Source of the DNA: Phoronis australis
Lineage: Eukaryota; Animalia; Phoronida
Assembly (NCBI GenBank): GCA_002633005.1
Contig: NMRA01000400.1
Coordinates: forward strand, 124,001-188,000
Length of the DNA: 64,000 bases
Reading direction: 5' to 3'
The position numbers were made by a program, and so were the translations under genes. Every line of letters begins with the position of its first letter. Positions within the stretch are counted from its first letter, which is position 1. This document shows positions 12,923-25,215 of the stretch, piece by piece. Under the pieces are notes generated by a model, which was not told where the DNA came from, did not search any database, and was given only the letters and a program-made list of their open reading frames with translations.

Positions 12923-14143
12923 GGTTTGTGGTTAATCTTATCACTTCTTTGTTGCTGGAACATCGCCATTACTGACTATCCTTCTTTTTGATTATACTGT
13001 TTTAGATAGTGGGGCAAAGAATTGCAGTGGGAGGCGTAAGACCTCGCTTATGAATCACCACGAAAAACGTCACGATGAATATTGCGGCGTCTGGTGTGCG
13101 TGCACTTGTGAAAGCACTGAGGAACGTTTTAATTCTGTGGCTCTGCATTTTACTTTTGCGTAACTGGCCACTGGTTTCCACAGGTAAAAAGAATAGGTGC
13201 ATTTGTAGAGAACAATATTAGGAAAACCTTATTTTAAAACAGTTATAAAGCCGCGTTCGTTCAAAAAAGGAGCTTTTGAAGTACATCACTTTGTAGGCGC
13301 TATAAAAGTAACCTTAAAGAATTCCCATGTTAGTAACTATGCTGATGTAAAACAGGAACTTAACGACAATTCTACTGAACATAACCTAAGCTAAACAAAG
13401 TGCAGTTATGTTCATTAACAACTTGTAAATGTGAAAACAAAATAAAATCTTCAAATAGGTGACCTTGGCACTAATGACGTACCTTGCGGGCTCACATAGC
13501 CCGCATTACGCAGTGTTATTTCCCAGCACCACGTCATGGTGGAATGATTTGCAATGAATCGTTTTCGCCACAAAACTCGTTCTTAAAAAACACTTGGCGA
13601 TTTTCAACTTACTAAATATTCACATCTTATCTATCTGTTATGTTGCTAACAAATTTGACCAAGCAATGACAGATAAGAAATTAAGCCAGCGAGTTCCTCT
13701 CTATCGTGTTCCTTACTCAGGTGAAAGTGATGTTTGGGTTTCCAGTGAACTGGCGGCTCGTTATAGGTTTAGAACATGCTCTAAGCGCATAACTCGTCGT
13801 GACATACCAACTTGTTGAGCAGGGCAATGGCGAGTTGCATGCTATTTGGTGTTCCGAAGTGATCTCCAATTTGTATTAGGAACGATTTCAGACCAATTCT
13901 TCAACGCCAAGACGTAAGTGGTATACTGCGTTTTTTGTGTTGGAAGGCGGGTTCAACGATTGATACAATGCAGTGCGTGTTTCAACTATTAATATCGTGG
14001 CTGTTATTGCTAATTATACTGATAGGAGTAGTAGTAATGGTAGGTCATAATAGACTAAACGAAATAGTAGGCGTAGTAGCAGTGGTGTTATATTACTAGC
14101 GGTTGAGACGGGGGGAATACCTGTAGTAGCACTAGGCCGCAGA

Positions 14144-14192
14144 AGCTGCTGCTGCTGCTGCTGCCGCCGCCGCCGCCGCTGTTGCTGCTGCT
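14144..14192. repeat. (GCT)n(GCC)n microsatellite
   Basis: Directly visible. Confidence 0.9.
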
Positions 14193-14993
14193 GAGGGTGC
14201 TCCTACTACAGATATTTCCGTCACAACCGCTAGTAATGACGCTCGAAATCGTATCCCGTGTATTTGTAGGTATATGGTGAGTTCTAGTTCAATAACCCTT
14301 AAACAACTTCAAAGATTTCTACGTCAGTATATAACGTACTCTTTACACTGGTTTTGAGATAAATCGTGCTTTCTAAATGCTAAATAGAAACGTGTAAGTT
14401 AATACAGCTATTGGCAATTTACACCAAAACATACACCCTAAATTATTCTTATTCCCACGTAGATGTCTATTTTTAGTTCCTTGTTCCCCTTTTTATCAAC
14501 CGATACTCCCTACTTAGGTAAGGTGTGACTTCTGAGTTCAACAAGACCTGGTTCGTTGTCTCGAGCCGATTGATTCTGTGCGCCGAGATTGGCAAAATTT
14601 AAGAAACTGGAATCTTAGTCTTTCCAAATCCATATATCACATGCGGTAGAGGCAGGGCAGCTTTTAACTATATCTTTCTCACGATGAGTCCTTCCGAAAT
14701 ATACGGGCACATGCACAATTGAATAAATTTACCTGCTGGTGCCCGTTCAAAATGTAAATTAATATCAGTCAAGTCATATTACATTACGTAGTCACCTGCA
14801 TGTCCTAATATTCAGTGTATTGTCCAGCTCGTGCGATGTTGATCACACAATAAGCATGGACCTGTGTAGGTACACCTTGAGGCTGTATAAGTTGTTAGTT
14901 AATTGACACTTACTCACATATTAGTAGACACGTGTATTGTGGCAACAGTTGCTTGCGAGTTTGGCGAGATCACGCAAGTCTTGAGATATCTTG

Positions 14994-15654
14994 CATAGGC
15001 GGATTTAGGGGGGCAGCCCCCCCTCCCTTGGCTGCCGCAAAAATAATAAAACAGCAAGAGCGTAGGGAAATGTGGACTTTATTAATTAACCCCGGTAATT
15101 AACATTATACAGCTGAAACAAGATTTAAATGTGTGCAGTTTTAGTGTGTTTGGGTGGGATCAGATCAAATTTCAAGTGTCAAATTCGGAACACGGGGCAA
15201 TCGTAACGGAACTATGGCTCTCCCGCTATATCCCAGACGACCGGCAGTGGCGCTGCGCACTACGACTCCGTTCCGTGGTCTGTTTCACTGTGCAATGAAG
15301 AAAATTACTTCATTTTTTAAAGAAAATGGAATTTGAGTGACGATGAAAAAACAGAAGCTGCTGGTAAGATGTGAATTTTAATCGAAGCCTCAGTGAATCA
15401 ATCAAAAACTCATAATTCTGTCTGTTTTTTTAGGGTTTACACGTTCTCCGTGTTTTTTTCTTGGATAATACTTCAGGAATTAAGGAAAGTGCTTGATTTT
15501 TAGAGAAAAAAACAAAAAATTTCCTGGCGGGAGGGGGCAAACCCCCTCCCGACCTCCCCCCACTGGGTGCTATGCGCATCAACAATCGTGCTTTGCACAA
15601 ATGTTTATAGACAGAATATTGGACCCGCCTTGTGATATCCTAGATCCGCCACTC
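14994..15654. mobile_element. Non-autonomous TIR element (hAT5-like MITE)
   Basis: Ends CATAGGCGGATTTAGG / CCTAGATCCGCCACTC; exact 5-bp TSD TCTTG; G/C tracts next to the TIRs. Confidence 0.8.
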
Positions 15655-17069
15655 TCTTGAGATATCGTTGTGCATTGCAAGTGCAGCAAGTGTAAAGTTC
15701 AATAACGCTATAACCTCGCTAAAAAAGCAAGACTTCGCGAGATTACGCCAGATATTGCCATTTACCTAATGAGAAACGATTTTGGCTAGACTCGTCTTTC
15801 CGTGGGACAGCTACTAAATTGTACACAGGTTTCACTCGAGGCCATGCCGCGTTGAGGAACGAGATTTTATGCGAAATTTTGCATCTCTTGATAGTCTCCA
15901 AGACTGCTCGTCTCTTTTAACATAGCTTGAATTATACGTAGGACAACTCAAGTAATCACCGCATCTCAAACGTTAAAAAGGAATTGTCGTTTTTGAAGGA
16001 TTTTTATCAATTTGGCATATTTTACTTACTGTAGAGCTATTTTGACTGTTCCGAGTAAGCTGCCGCGCCTCGCGTTTGGCAACCCCCATATTACAGTGGT
16101 GAATGACCGAGTCCCCGCACGTTGTCACTCCCAACCCCGGTACGTATCAGTATGCCTTTGGCTTGAGAAAGGATTCTCTAACAACAGTTAATAAAACTAA
16201 TGTAACGATTCAGCCGGTCAGACACACCGCGTATGAACTGCATTACGTGTTCATACCGTTGCAATTCTGGTTTGATTTTTTTACATTTTTTTCGTAAAAT
16301 CGACCAAAAAGTTTCAAAGTATTTTCTAGAATAAGCTAAATATACCAACCTCAACAAACCATTAAAAAGCTAATTATCTGCTGTCCAGGTCACTAACGAA
16401 CTTTAAGTCTTTAAGAATTAACGGCGACAATAAGGTGGACTTCTTTACTGAGCTGGTATTGACCTGTTTACGAATAGCGCGAGACATTGCAAAAAAGTGT
16501 GGGCCACTGGTCATCCAGAACTGCATTTGACTTGAATGCTATCCTTCAAATCTGTGCTCTGCGAGGCGCACGTGTCGGTTTTCGCTCTCCGTCAAAAAGT
16601 TTATTGAAGACTTACATTGCTGACAGCAGGTCATTAATCATTCAACATCTTACTGGAACCCTATGTGTCCTTACTTTTTAGTATATTTATGGACGTCTAT
16701 GACCGCACCGTCTTCGGCAGGCCAGTGCTCAAAAGTACAAAGACAATGGCGGCAAGTGTTGCACAAAAGATTGCAAATGAAGATATTTTGAAAGTGTAAA
16801 TTGACAATTGATCGGTGAACGAAAGTTTACCAGAAACCACCGTCCGCGTAATCAACCAATTCCTGCTACAGTGTTCCACTGTGAAAAAAATTAAAAGGAT
16901 AAATCGTTAAAAAACTTAATACACGCGTTTTTCTAAATGCTTTCAGAAAAAATTACCAATTTCGTATCGTTGGGTTTACAATCAACACAAAATGCAGAGA
17001 TGTGATTTTAAGGATCATCAACCAATGAAAAATATACGAATTAAATAAGCCAACTTTAAAGTTCGACAA

Positions 17070-17216
17070 TTTATTGCAGAATCAGGAACAAACAAATGAA
17101 TTACACATTAGAAGAAACTTTTCAATTCTTTTTCAGGGTAGAAAATCTCCCAGTTGCTTGACATGCTCACAAAATCTAGGTAAAGACATCTAACACCGGC
17201 GTACATATTTTTTATT
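17070..17216 (-). terminator. Candidate Fezf polyadenylation signals (AATAAA at 17211-17216 and 17070-17075), implying a 3'UTR of about 1.6-1.8 kb
   Basis: tttatt on the + strand within a stretch that is T-rich on the minus strand, downstream of the Fezf stop. Usage is inferred, not shown. Confidence 0.4.
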
Positions 17217-18832
17217 CAAATAAATAAAATCTTTATCTTGCAACCCCAACACAATAAATATACTAAAATAAAATAAAACGAAAACTTAAAATGAAATTAA
17301 CATAAATCAAGGAAATGTTCAAATTTCAACCATGACATAAATGGCTAATTAAATCTACTAATATTTACAAAATGATAGTAACTGAGCGTTCAACGATGTC
17401 ATTCAATAGTTATTACGCAATGCTTTTTACAAAATTTCACAACCTCTGGAACAAAGGAATAGCAGGGGGTCTTATAAACACAATTCGCTTTGAGTTTCGT
17501 AAAATAGTACACAGAATATCTATTGCTATATTACAAGTTTGTCTTGTTACATATTGACCGAGTATCTTCCGAAAATGCCAAGCCTCAGACAACCAAACGT
17601 GGACTCGTGGCGACTATGACTAAGTGACTGCTAAGAAATACGTAGAATATTGCCACCTGTATTAAACTGAAACCCATATTTCAAAAATCCCGAACCCAAA
17701 CCATCGATGTGCTGGTATATTACACATCAAATCGTAATCTGTGGCGCCGTGTACTCCGTACAATTTAATGCATGCACGCCCCTTTTCGAGATTTGCATAC
17801 CATTGGTGCAAATCATAAAAGTCCTGAGGGAGTTGCAACGCAGAGTTGTCCTTTGAAGACAGGTGCACTTTACTAAATATCGCGGTACTGTAAACATGTT
17901 TCAACAGTTACGGTAAATGCAAGTTTCAAGTGATATAAAATGATGCGAATGTTTTTGACAAACACGACTCATGTCTGTGGATTCTATCAAAAAATCTCCC
18001 TTTCTTGTACAGCGTCCGAGTTCGGGCATTTGACCGTTTCCTAATGCGCATTGCTCGTATTTCTTCGTGTTTCTACATGATCTATGAGAATGCTCTGAGT
18101 TCACTTAGAGTGTAGTCATCGAGTGCACTAACCCTGTGGGAAAATGACGTAACTGAAAAACAGGAACCAAGAAAACACAGAGGTAACAGCACGCTGATTA
18201 CAGGGTAGCAGTACTTCCCGCAAGTTGTCAGTCGGTGTCAACGAGTGCTCAATCTATGAAACTTAAAAATGTTCATCTGTCGTAAATGAGATTGAAGTAT
18301 GTTTAAACTTGATCAGAATTGTTCGCGAACAATGGTCAATAGAAAGTCTTTCCATTTTTGAGATGAAACATCTGGATGGGAGGATCAGGACAATTTATAG
18401 TCCTTGGTCATTCTACTGTGTCTAGTAGAGCATCATTTGTACCTTCTCACAGTAGAATTGCAAGTTTAGAAGGACACAAAACAATCCATAAAAACTTAAA
18501 CAGGCTGATATTAAAGCTGACCGAGTGTCACCCTGATAATTGAGAATACAAATGCGCTTGGCTCTTGCTTACATTGCGCAACTCTGCAACTTGGAAGTGT
18601 TTTATACTTTTACTGAATTTAACATGAACCGCGAAAGACCACAAATATCAACAATTTAGCATTTACACTAGAGACGTGGATGAAAAAAAAATGTCGACGT
18701 GCCTTTTCCTGCCCTTTTCCGACATCCATCTGTCTTGTGTCGTCTGCTTCTGGACAACATGACTTGTTGGCACATTGGCATTTTAACAGCTTGGCAAAAT
18801 TCGTGTCGCCTTTCCAACTGCAAGCCCCCTTT

Positions 18833-19513
18833 TCAGGACACGTAGTTGCTTAACACGCCACGTCTTGAGTCGGTTGAGTTATTCAGGAAAGGATTTAGAA
18901 CTCTCGGACTGGCGAAGAAAAATGGGGTCGGTTGCCGCAATAGCCCGCCGTGCGAAGGCAGTAGTCCGGTGACGCAGGGCGGAGGGCGCAGAAATGTCGC
19001 GTTTGTGTTGACGTCCCTGCCACTTTGCATGGATACTGAAGGAGCCTCCGACGATGGCATGGATTGCGGAGATGCCTGCCAATCGTGACAGTTTCGCGCA
19101 CTCGGCGTTGCACCGTCGTGCAGTTTTCTCATGTGCTTTTTCAAGTCGAAGTTTCTACAGAATCCTTTACCACAGAGGGCGCACGTGTAGGGTTTCTTGT
19201 CGTTGTGCGTGTGCATGTGAAAGGTAAGATTGTAGATCTGATGGAACGCCTTGTGACAAATCGTACACTTGTACTGCTTTTCCGAGCTGTGTGTCAACTT
19301 GTGGTTTTTATAGTTACCCTTTTGGTGAAAACCCTTGCCGCAAATTTCGCAGACCCACGGCTTGTTTCCAGTGTGAATGCGCATGTGCGTGTTAAGTGTG
19401 CTTGACCGGTTAAACGACTTGCCACACGTGGTACATTTGTGAGGTTTTTCAGACGTGTGTATTATCTTGTGGCGGCATAGAGTGGAAGCCTGGCGAAACC
19501 CCTTACCACACAC
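18833..19513 (-). CDS. Fezf: Fezf coding exon 2 (226 codons + stop); joined protein 494 aa with six C2H2 fingers
   Basis: Acceptor ...ttccacacag|GTG. Continues finger 2 in frame ([19 protein letters not shown]), then [27 protein letters not shown] and CRNFDLKKH, the canonical Fezf finger set. Intron 19514-21375 is GT-AG. Confidence 0.97.
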   Translation of the reverse strand: MCGKGFRQASTLCRHKIIHTSEKPHKCTTCGKSFNRSSTLNTHMRIHTGNKPWVCEICGKGFHQKGNYKNHKLTHSSEKQYKCTICHKAFHQIYNLTFHMHTHNDKKPYTCALCGKGFCRNFDLKKHMRKLHDGATPSARNCHDWQASPQSMPSSEAPSVSMQSGRDVNTNATFLRPPPCVTGLLPSHGGLLRQPTPFFFASPRVLNPFLNNSTDSRRGVLSNYVS

Positions 19514-21375
19514 CTGTGTGGAAACAATACAAAATATTATATATCAGAAGCGAGAGTACACTTCACAATCTCAAATATGACTTACAGATCTTGTACCCTT
19601 AGGCGCTTTAAGCGAACGTCTAATTAATTTCATTCAACATTTGATTAACGCCGTGAAAGAATCACAGATATATTATTTGCATTGTTTGGATATGTACCAA
19701 ATTTCTTCACGCAATTCTTAGTTATTGGAATTCTTCCGATTGGTATATCATAGAATACGAGTGACGCGATTTGACGAAAAAATCAAACTTTCAAAAGGGA
19801 TAACTGAAAGCGATAAGTAGAAAAAAGGTGAATCAACGAATATTCATAATTAAATAAATGTATCTGAAACGCAACTAACAAACAGTAAAAAGAATGGAGT
19901 TGGTCACAATGACATGATAACTACACGTTATTGGTTTGAATTCATATTAAGCAGCTTTGCAGACAATTCAGTTGCCGGTTTCAAACATGAATGTTTTTGA
20001 TTTTTTCTGAACACCTGTATAGGTTTTCGATTAAGTCCACCGATTTGTGTAACAGTGCAAGCACCCATTCTGGTTTGAAACACACAGGTGTGTGGCGTAT
20101 GAATATGAAATGTCGATGAGATATTTTGGTACGACAAATCAAGTCAGGGCAGCGTTCCGTTGGCTCTAAAGCATTTAACTGCACTTGAGGCAAAAAATTT
20201 CGCTAGTGGAACGGAAAAAGTAAAATATCCCACAATTCAACACTTCAAACCTAATCCCTTGACTGAAAAAATTTTGCCAGGATTAAGGATACAGTACGTT
20301 CCAGAGCACACTTGCGAAACATTCGCCTTTCAATCACGTGGAATTGCGAAGTTTACGACTTGCTTTTCTCACTTAAGTGTGGTCAACGGAACGTTCCTTA
20401 GGTAAACAACTTTCAATGTAACTATTTAAAACCTTTTCACCGTCAACCCTTTTTCTGGGTTGAAAATAAAGAACGTTTGGACGCACGTGCTTTCAAGAGG
20501 CGTCAATATGCCGTCAAGTAGTATTGAGTGAATGCACTTGAAGTCCTGCATTTTCAACGTTTTGGTAGAGAGTGTCTGTTGAACATTTATCATTTTTGTT
20601 CTTTTATATCACAATTCATTTAATGCATGACGCTGACCTGGATTCAGAGGTTTGATTCCAGGTCTCGTCTAGATTTCGTCTTATACATAATACTTGAAGA
20701 CATTTTTGAGTAAAGCTCGATATCGCTGTTGCGTACTTTTGAAAAACTTGAAAGCCAACCAAAGTATTCAATGCGTATGCTTCGTTAGAAATCTACATTT
20801 TGTGGTGGCAATAGATTTGTTCTTCTCTAAAGTATGTATTTTTTGTCTACATGCCTACACCGGACAAAACCGTGCTCTCGTGAAGCGTTACGCGTAGCGT
20901 CACACAATAGGAGTGCTCGACAAATACTCAAGGCATATAATCACATCACACCGATAACGCCGTTATCTGTCATTTAATGTCTGCTTGTGTTCTTAATTAA
21001 ACCCTGTCCATTTGAAAGAAATTTGGGAAATTGACGCGAAAGAACGTGTTGACCTTCGTATTTCACGAAGGACGGCTAAGCTAGTCTCGATTGTAACATG
21101 ACTAACAATAAGGCAGAAAAGCTTTCGTTTCAAACGTTTGCCGTAAATAAGTTAGGAACCTTTTCTTTTAGCAAGACTGTAGTAATGCGCTGCGTAATCT
21201 GAGAGTACCGATCGAGCGGCACGCAAGATGTCGGAAGGGGGTCCAACCACAATTTTCGAATGAAAAATGTTCGCGGCGTCCTCCCAAGGACATGCCGGCA
21301 ACGTTTTTCGTTGACGTTTTGATCGTGTCTGAAGGACGGAGCGTCTACTCCCGAATTACGCCTGTCGAAACCTAC

Positions 21376-22179
21376 CTTACAAATGAATGGTCTTGCTCCA
21401 GTGTGCACCGGCATGTGCCGAGTGAGGTTGTAGTGCGCATTGAAGATTTTACCACATTCCGGGCACGTGAACACTTTGGCTGGCTTGGCGGCTGGCGAGG
21501 TTTTCCTGTCTTGGTCTTCATTTTCATTATCTTCGTCAGCCCCATTGTCTTTTGCGGCTTTAGAAGGTTTGTCGTCTTTGCCTCTTTTTTCACTTATGAC
21601 TGACCCATTGACGACACCCATCTTTGCTTTATCGGTGACGTTCAGCGGGTGTCCGTCTTGTTTGTTGGAGAGCCAACTGGGCGACATCACGAGGTCCTTC
21701 GTGCACGTAGGCCGGCGTGGTATCTTCAGGGGACTGGGTCCCGGTATTTGTGCGTCTAGTGCCGGGAACATGCCGCCATAGCAATGCTCTCTTACACCAG
21801 ATGCCGCCCAGAAGGCAGGGTGCATTGCTGTCTGGCGCATCGCGTCCGCTTTGCTCAGCCATGCCGCTAGGCCAGTATCTATTAACGCACCCAATGGAAC
21901 GTAGCCACCGACAAATTGCTGAGGGAACATCAGAGGTCGCTGTAGATAAAAACCACTTTCCTGCTCGTGTCTTCTTTTCATTTTTCTTGCCGCTAAAAGA
22001 GTGTCAATTCTCCATGCCTTCTTCCTATCTCTTTCCGTCGGTTTGTCTTCCATGATTTTCGCAATAGAAAAGTTCAATTCCGTATTTGCAGATGGTTTCG
22101 GGTGTTCCTCCGCAGTAGTCTGTGGATTGTAACAGGCTTTTGTGTCAGGAACGTTAGCTACCAAAAGTTCACTGTCCAT
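21376..22179 (-). CDS. Fezf: Fez family zinc finger protein (Fezf/earmuff), coding exon 1 (268 codons)
   Basis: ATG at 22179 (MDSELLVAN...), 10 nt after the acceptor-like tttctttcag. eh1 motif FSIAKIM at 22051-22071. Finger 1 [28 protein letters not shown] is diagnostic of Fezf. Ends FICK at the phase-0 donor AAG|GTAGGT (21376/21375). Confidence 0.96.
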
Positions 22180-22319
22180 TTTGTTTGTACTGAAAGAAAC
22201 ATTAAAATAGAATATATATAGCCAAATAGCAAATTGACCAATTGTCCGATACATGTTTGGCGTCCAGCAAAATCAACATGTTAGCCACAGGCAGCAATAC
22301 CCTCTCCGACCACTGTATA

Positions 22320-23150
22320 TACAGTGTAGAAATTGCGCAAAACAAAGGATTTCACTACATGGAAGTGTGCAAATTTCGAAGGGTTCAAAAAAAGGAACAC
22401 ACTGTCATATCGCAAAATCCGGACGGTACGCTTAGGTACTTTATGTCCATACCCATTTTTGAAAGTTTTGTTCGAATGCCTATGAGAAACGCAAGGTAGT
22501 CACGTTACCGTGCATGTGGATGTGAAAATCAACAACGGAACACAATCTGGTAAATGCCGTGGAATTTCAAAATGTCGACGATATACGCTATGGCACTTCG
22601 TAAGCATACTTTTCTGGACGTTTTGCGGAAATTGTCTGTGAAATTCTGATGTTGCGTACACAAGACCACTTCCACTCATGAATGTGTGAAAATGCAGAAG
22701 AGTCCAATTTTTAAGATAATACGGCCGACTTGAAAAATGCGATTTACTCTGCGGAACATTGCCAGCGTATTTTTTTGAAAGTTTGCTCGAAATCACCGAT
22801 GAAATGTTGTAGAAGTGCCGGAGGCCATTTCCGCCATGGATGCGCGATAATCAAGAGCGCTACTAAATTCAGGAAAATACGGTTCAATCGCAAAATACCG
22901 ACAATACGCGCTACGGCATATCGTGTGGCTAGCTTTTTCAACGTTTTGTCGAGATTCCACGAAAAATATAGGAGGAGTTGCGTACAGAAAAGTATTTCCA
23001 CAATAAAATTCGAGAAAATCAATGACAGGGTAAAAATATGGAAAATAGAGTGGAATCGTAAAATGTCGACGCTATGCGCTGCGGCACTCTATAAACATAC
23101 ATGTACGTTTTTGAAAGTTTAGTCGAAATCCCATTTGAAATGTAGGAAGA
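22320..23150. repeat. Diverged tandem array, about 160-bp monomer x5 with about 325-bp dimeric structure
   Basis: AAAATGTCGACG-like anchors at about 22413, 22568, 22734, 22891 and 23059, each followed by a TTTTGAAAGTTT or ACGTTTTG block. Confidence 0.7.
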
Positions 23151-24999
23151 CGTAACACCCACAGTGTCAAGACAGAATAACCGCTACATATTTCAAAGTA
23201 GAGTACAATGACGTCAAACAGTTATTTTTTATCGTGTTTCATTTTTCTCTTTTCTCTACTTCCAGTTTCCCAGTTATGTACTTGCACTGCTCATTTTACC
23301 CGACTTGGACGTAAAACATGTCTATTTTCAAATTGCCAGCTAGATGACACTTCGACGAGTACAGAAGTTCTACAACTAATTAGGCCAATCCGTCAAGACG
23401 TTACGGCACACACTGTCATTTGTATTAGTCGAACAAAAGCTTGGGTGGCCAGCAAAGTGGAACAAAATTAAAGACCGCTAATTAGTCACTTCCCGAGTAA
23501 AAATAAAAGGCTGTGACGTTTTCAGCTGGCCAATAATATTCCCAATTGTTAGGTGAGTGGCTAATACGTGTTCTATAAAGGGAATATAGTTATCCAGGTA
23601 CGTATCACTTACTGACACAATGTTCTAGTAATAGTCAAGATAAACTAAAACTAATGTCTCAATTATGTTGTTAGTAAGACAACTTGTATTTTCCGCAAAT
23701 TTCTACATTCGGTGAGTTGTACCAAACGGGTGAGTTCTAATTTGCTCATTGCGATAACCAACCTGAGCGGATGTCTTTTCGAGAAAAGATGGGATATTTA
23801 GGCATCGCTTTTTAAGTGCAAAATCCTGCCTTAGTTTATGCACGATCTAAACGTCAGCTTTCGGCTAAGCATTAAATGCACTGTCAGTAAATAAAACACA
23901 ATGGATAACAGGTTATAGAATTATTAATTGAGGCGGGCAAGAATAATCAACTTCGCATTCTTACCGTATTAATCCGTATTTAGGGGCATGCTCCTGTATT
24001 TGAAGTTGCGCATATATACAGTGTAACCATACACAATTTGGCGCGTATGTTACTATGAGAAACGCTTGTGAAAAACCACCAAGGAGCAATTTGCTAATAT
24101 ATGAGTGAAACTTCTCTTATACGTTTCAAAAGTGCGGAAAGTGACGTGTATTCAAGATTTAACATTGACAATTCTACGAAAAGTACTTCGAACAACTGCA
24201 TAGTACAAAGGCTAACACAGAACACCCAGTTTAATTAAGATAAGGCCAGGTACAAAAGTCAACCGCCTCCTCCTAAAGGTGGCGCTCGGTTGCATGCGCC
24301 CGTGGTCAGCTGTTACCGGCCTGCGTCGGTGCTGGCAACTCAATCATCTAATTTTTGTTGTTATAAACGATTTATAAAATAACTAGTATTGTATATTTTT
24401 GAAACACTTGAGCAAAAAAAAATCGTCGAAAAACGCATTATTTCATACAGGCATGTGTCTAAATTGTTATTATTATACGCGTGAATTTCCGGCAAATGAA
24501 GTCGATATTTTGGTAGATTTTTAAATTCCTTTCTCGCGTTTTTCATTTTGATAATAAAATGTAAACGCATTGTTGTGTGTCATAAATAACAATATCCTGG
24601 TTCAACACATTGAATGTGTTGGAATTACTAACTAATTTGATTGCAAGTGCACCGTTTTCGGTCAATTCTTGGCAGTTTCTACAGATATATGTCAATTGCC
24701 CACACTATTTAATTGAAAACTTATTTAACGGATAAATTTGAATGATATAACAAATCATTGGACTTCCGTGTACAATACCGACAATTCGTCACCTTTATTT
24801 TCTTCGATTTTGCTTCATTTTATTTTAAAACTGTAGTTTCACTGAAGACTTAGACATTTTAATTACTATAACCAACTACCTTTTCACAAAGGTTTCAAGT
24901 ATTTAAACTTGTCACAACAATAGCGAGGCCTTGATTCTTTTAATAGCGACAACAAATCCCGGTCATTGCCCTTGAGTACCAGGCTACGTGCCGTAGATG

Positions 25000-25215
25000 A
25001 AGTTTCTTGCAGGACAGGCGAGATCATGCAGATCTTCGAAAGATATCGCAATTTATTAAAAGTGAAGCACGTGATCACAGTAGCTTTTCTCGCGAGGTTT
25101 TGCGTCTACGGATCACAACCGTGAAGCGAAATCCTTAAACGTGAAGCACGTGATCACAGTAGCTTTTCTCACGAGATTTTGCGTCTACGGATCACAACTG
25201 TGAAGCGAAATCCCG
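25000..25215. mobile_element. MITE remnant of a GTTGCGTTCCGTAGACGC-end family with a 79-bp tandem duplication; related pieces at about 29595-29678 and 34958-34991
   Basis: 25062-25134 is repeated at 25141-25213 with 3 mismatches. GCGTCTACGGATCACAAC is complementary to the GTTGCGTTCCGTAGACGC seen near 34960. Confidence 0.65.

Noticed and set aside
12327-12935. Mucin-like poly-Thr ORF and overlapping poly-Val/Leu ORFs
   Set aside because: Produced by an ACT/ACC microsatellite that is open in several frames on both strands; no signal peptide or splice context.
21130-21375. ORF-track extension of Fezf exon 1 (VGFDRRNSG...)
   Set aside because: Intron read-through past the donor at 21375; the zinc finger continues at 19513.
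22180-22254. Upstream start of the 374-aa ORF at 22254
   Set aside because: The segment is a polypyrimidine tract and acceptor, probably intronic; ATG 22179 is the better start.
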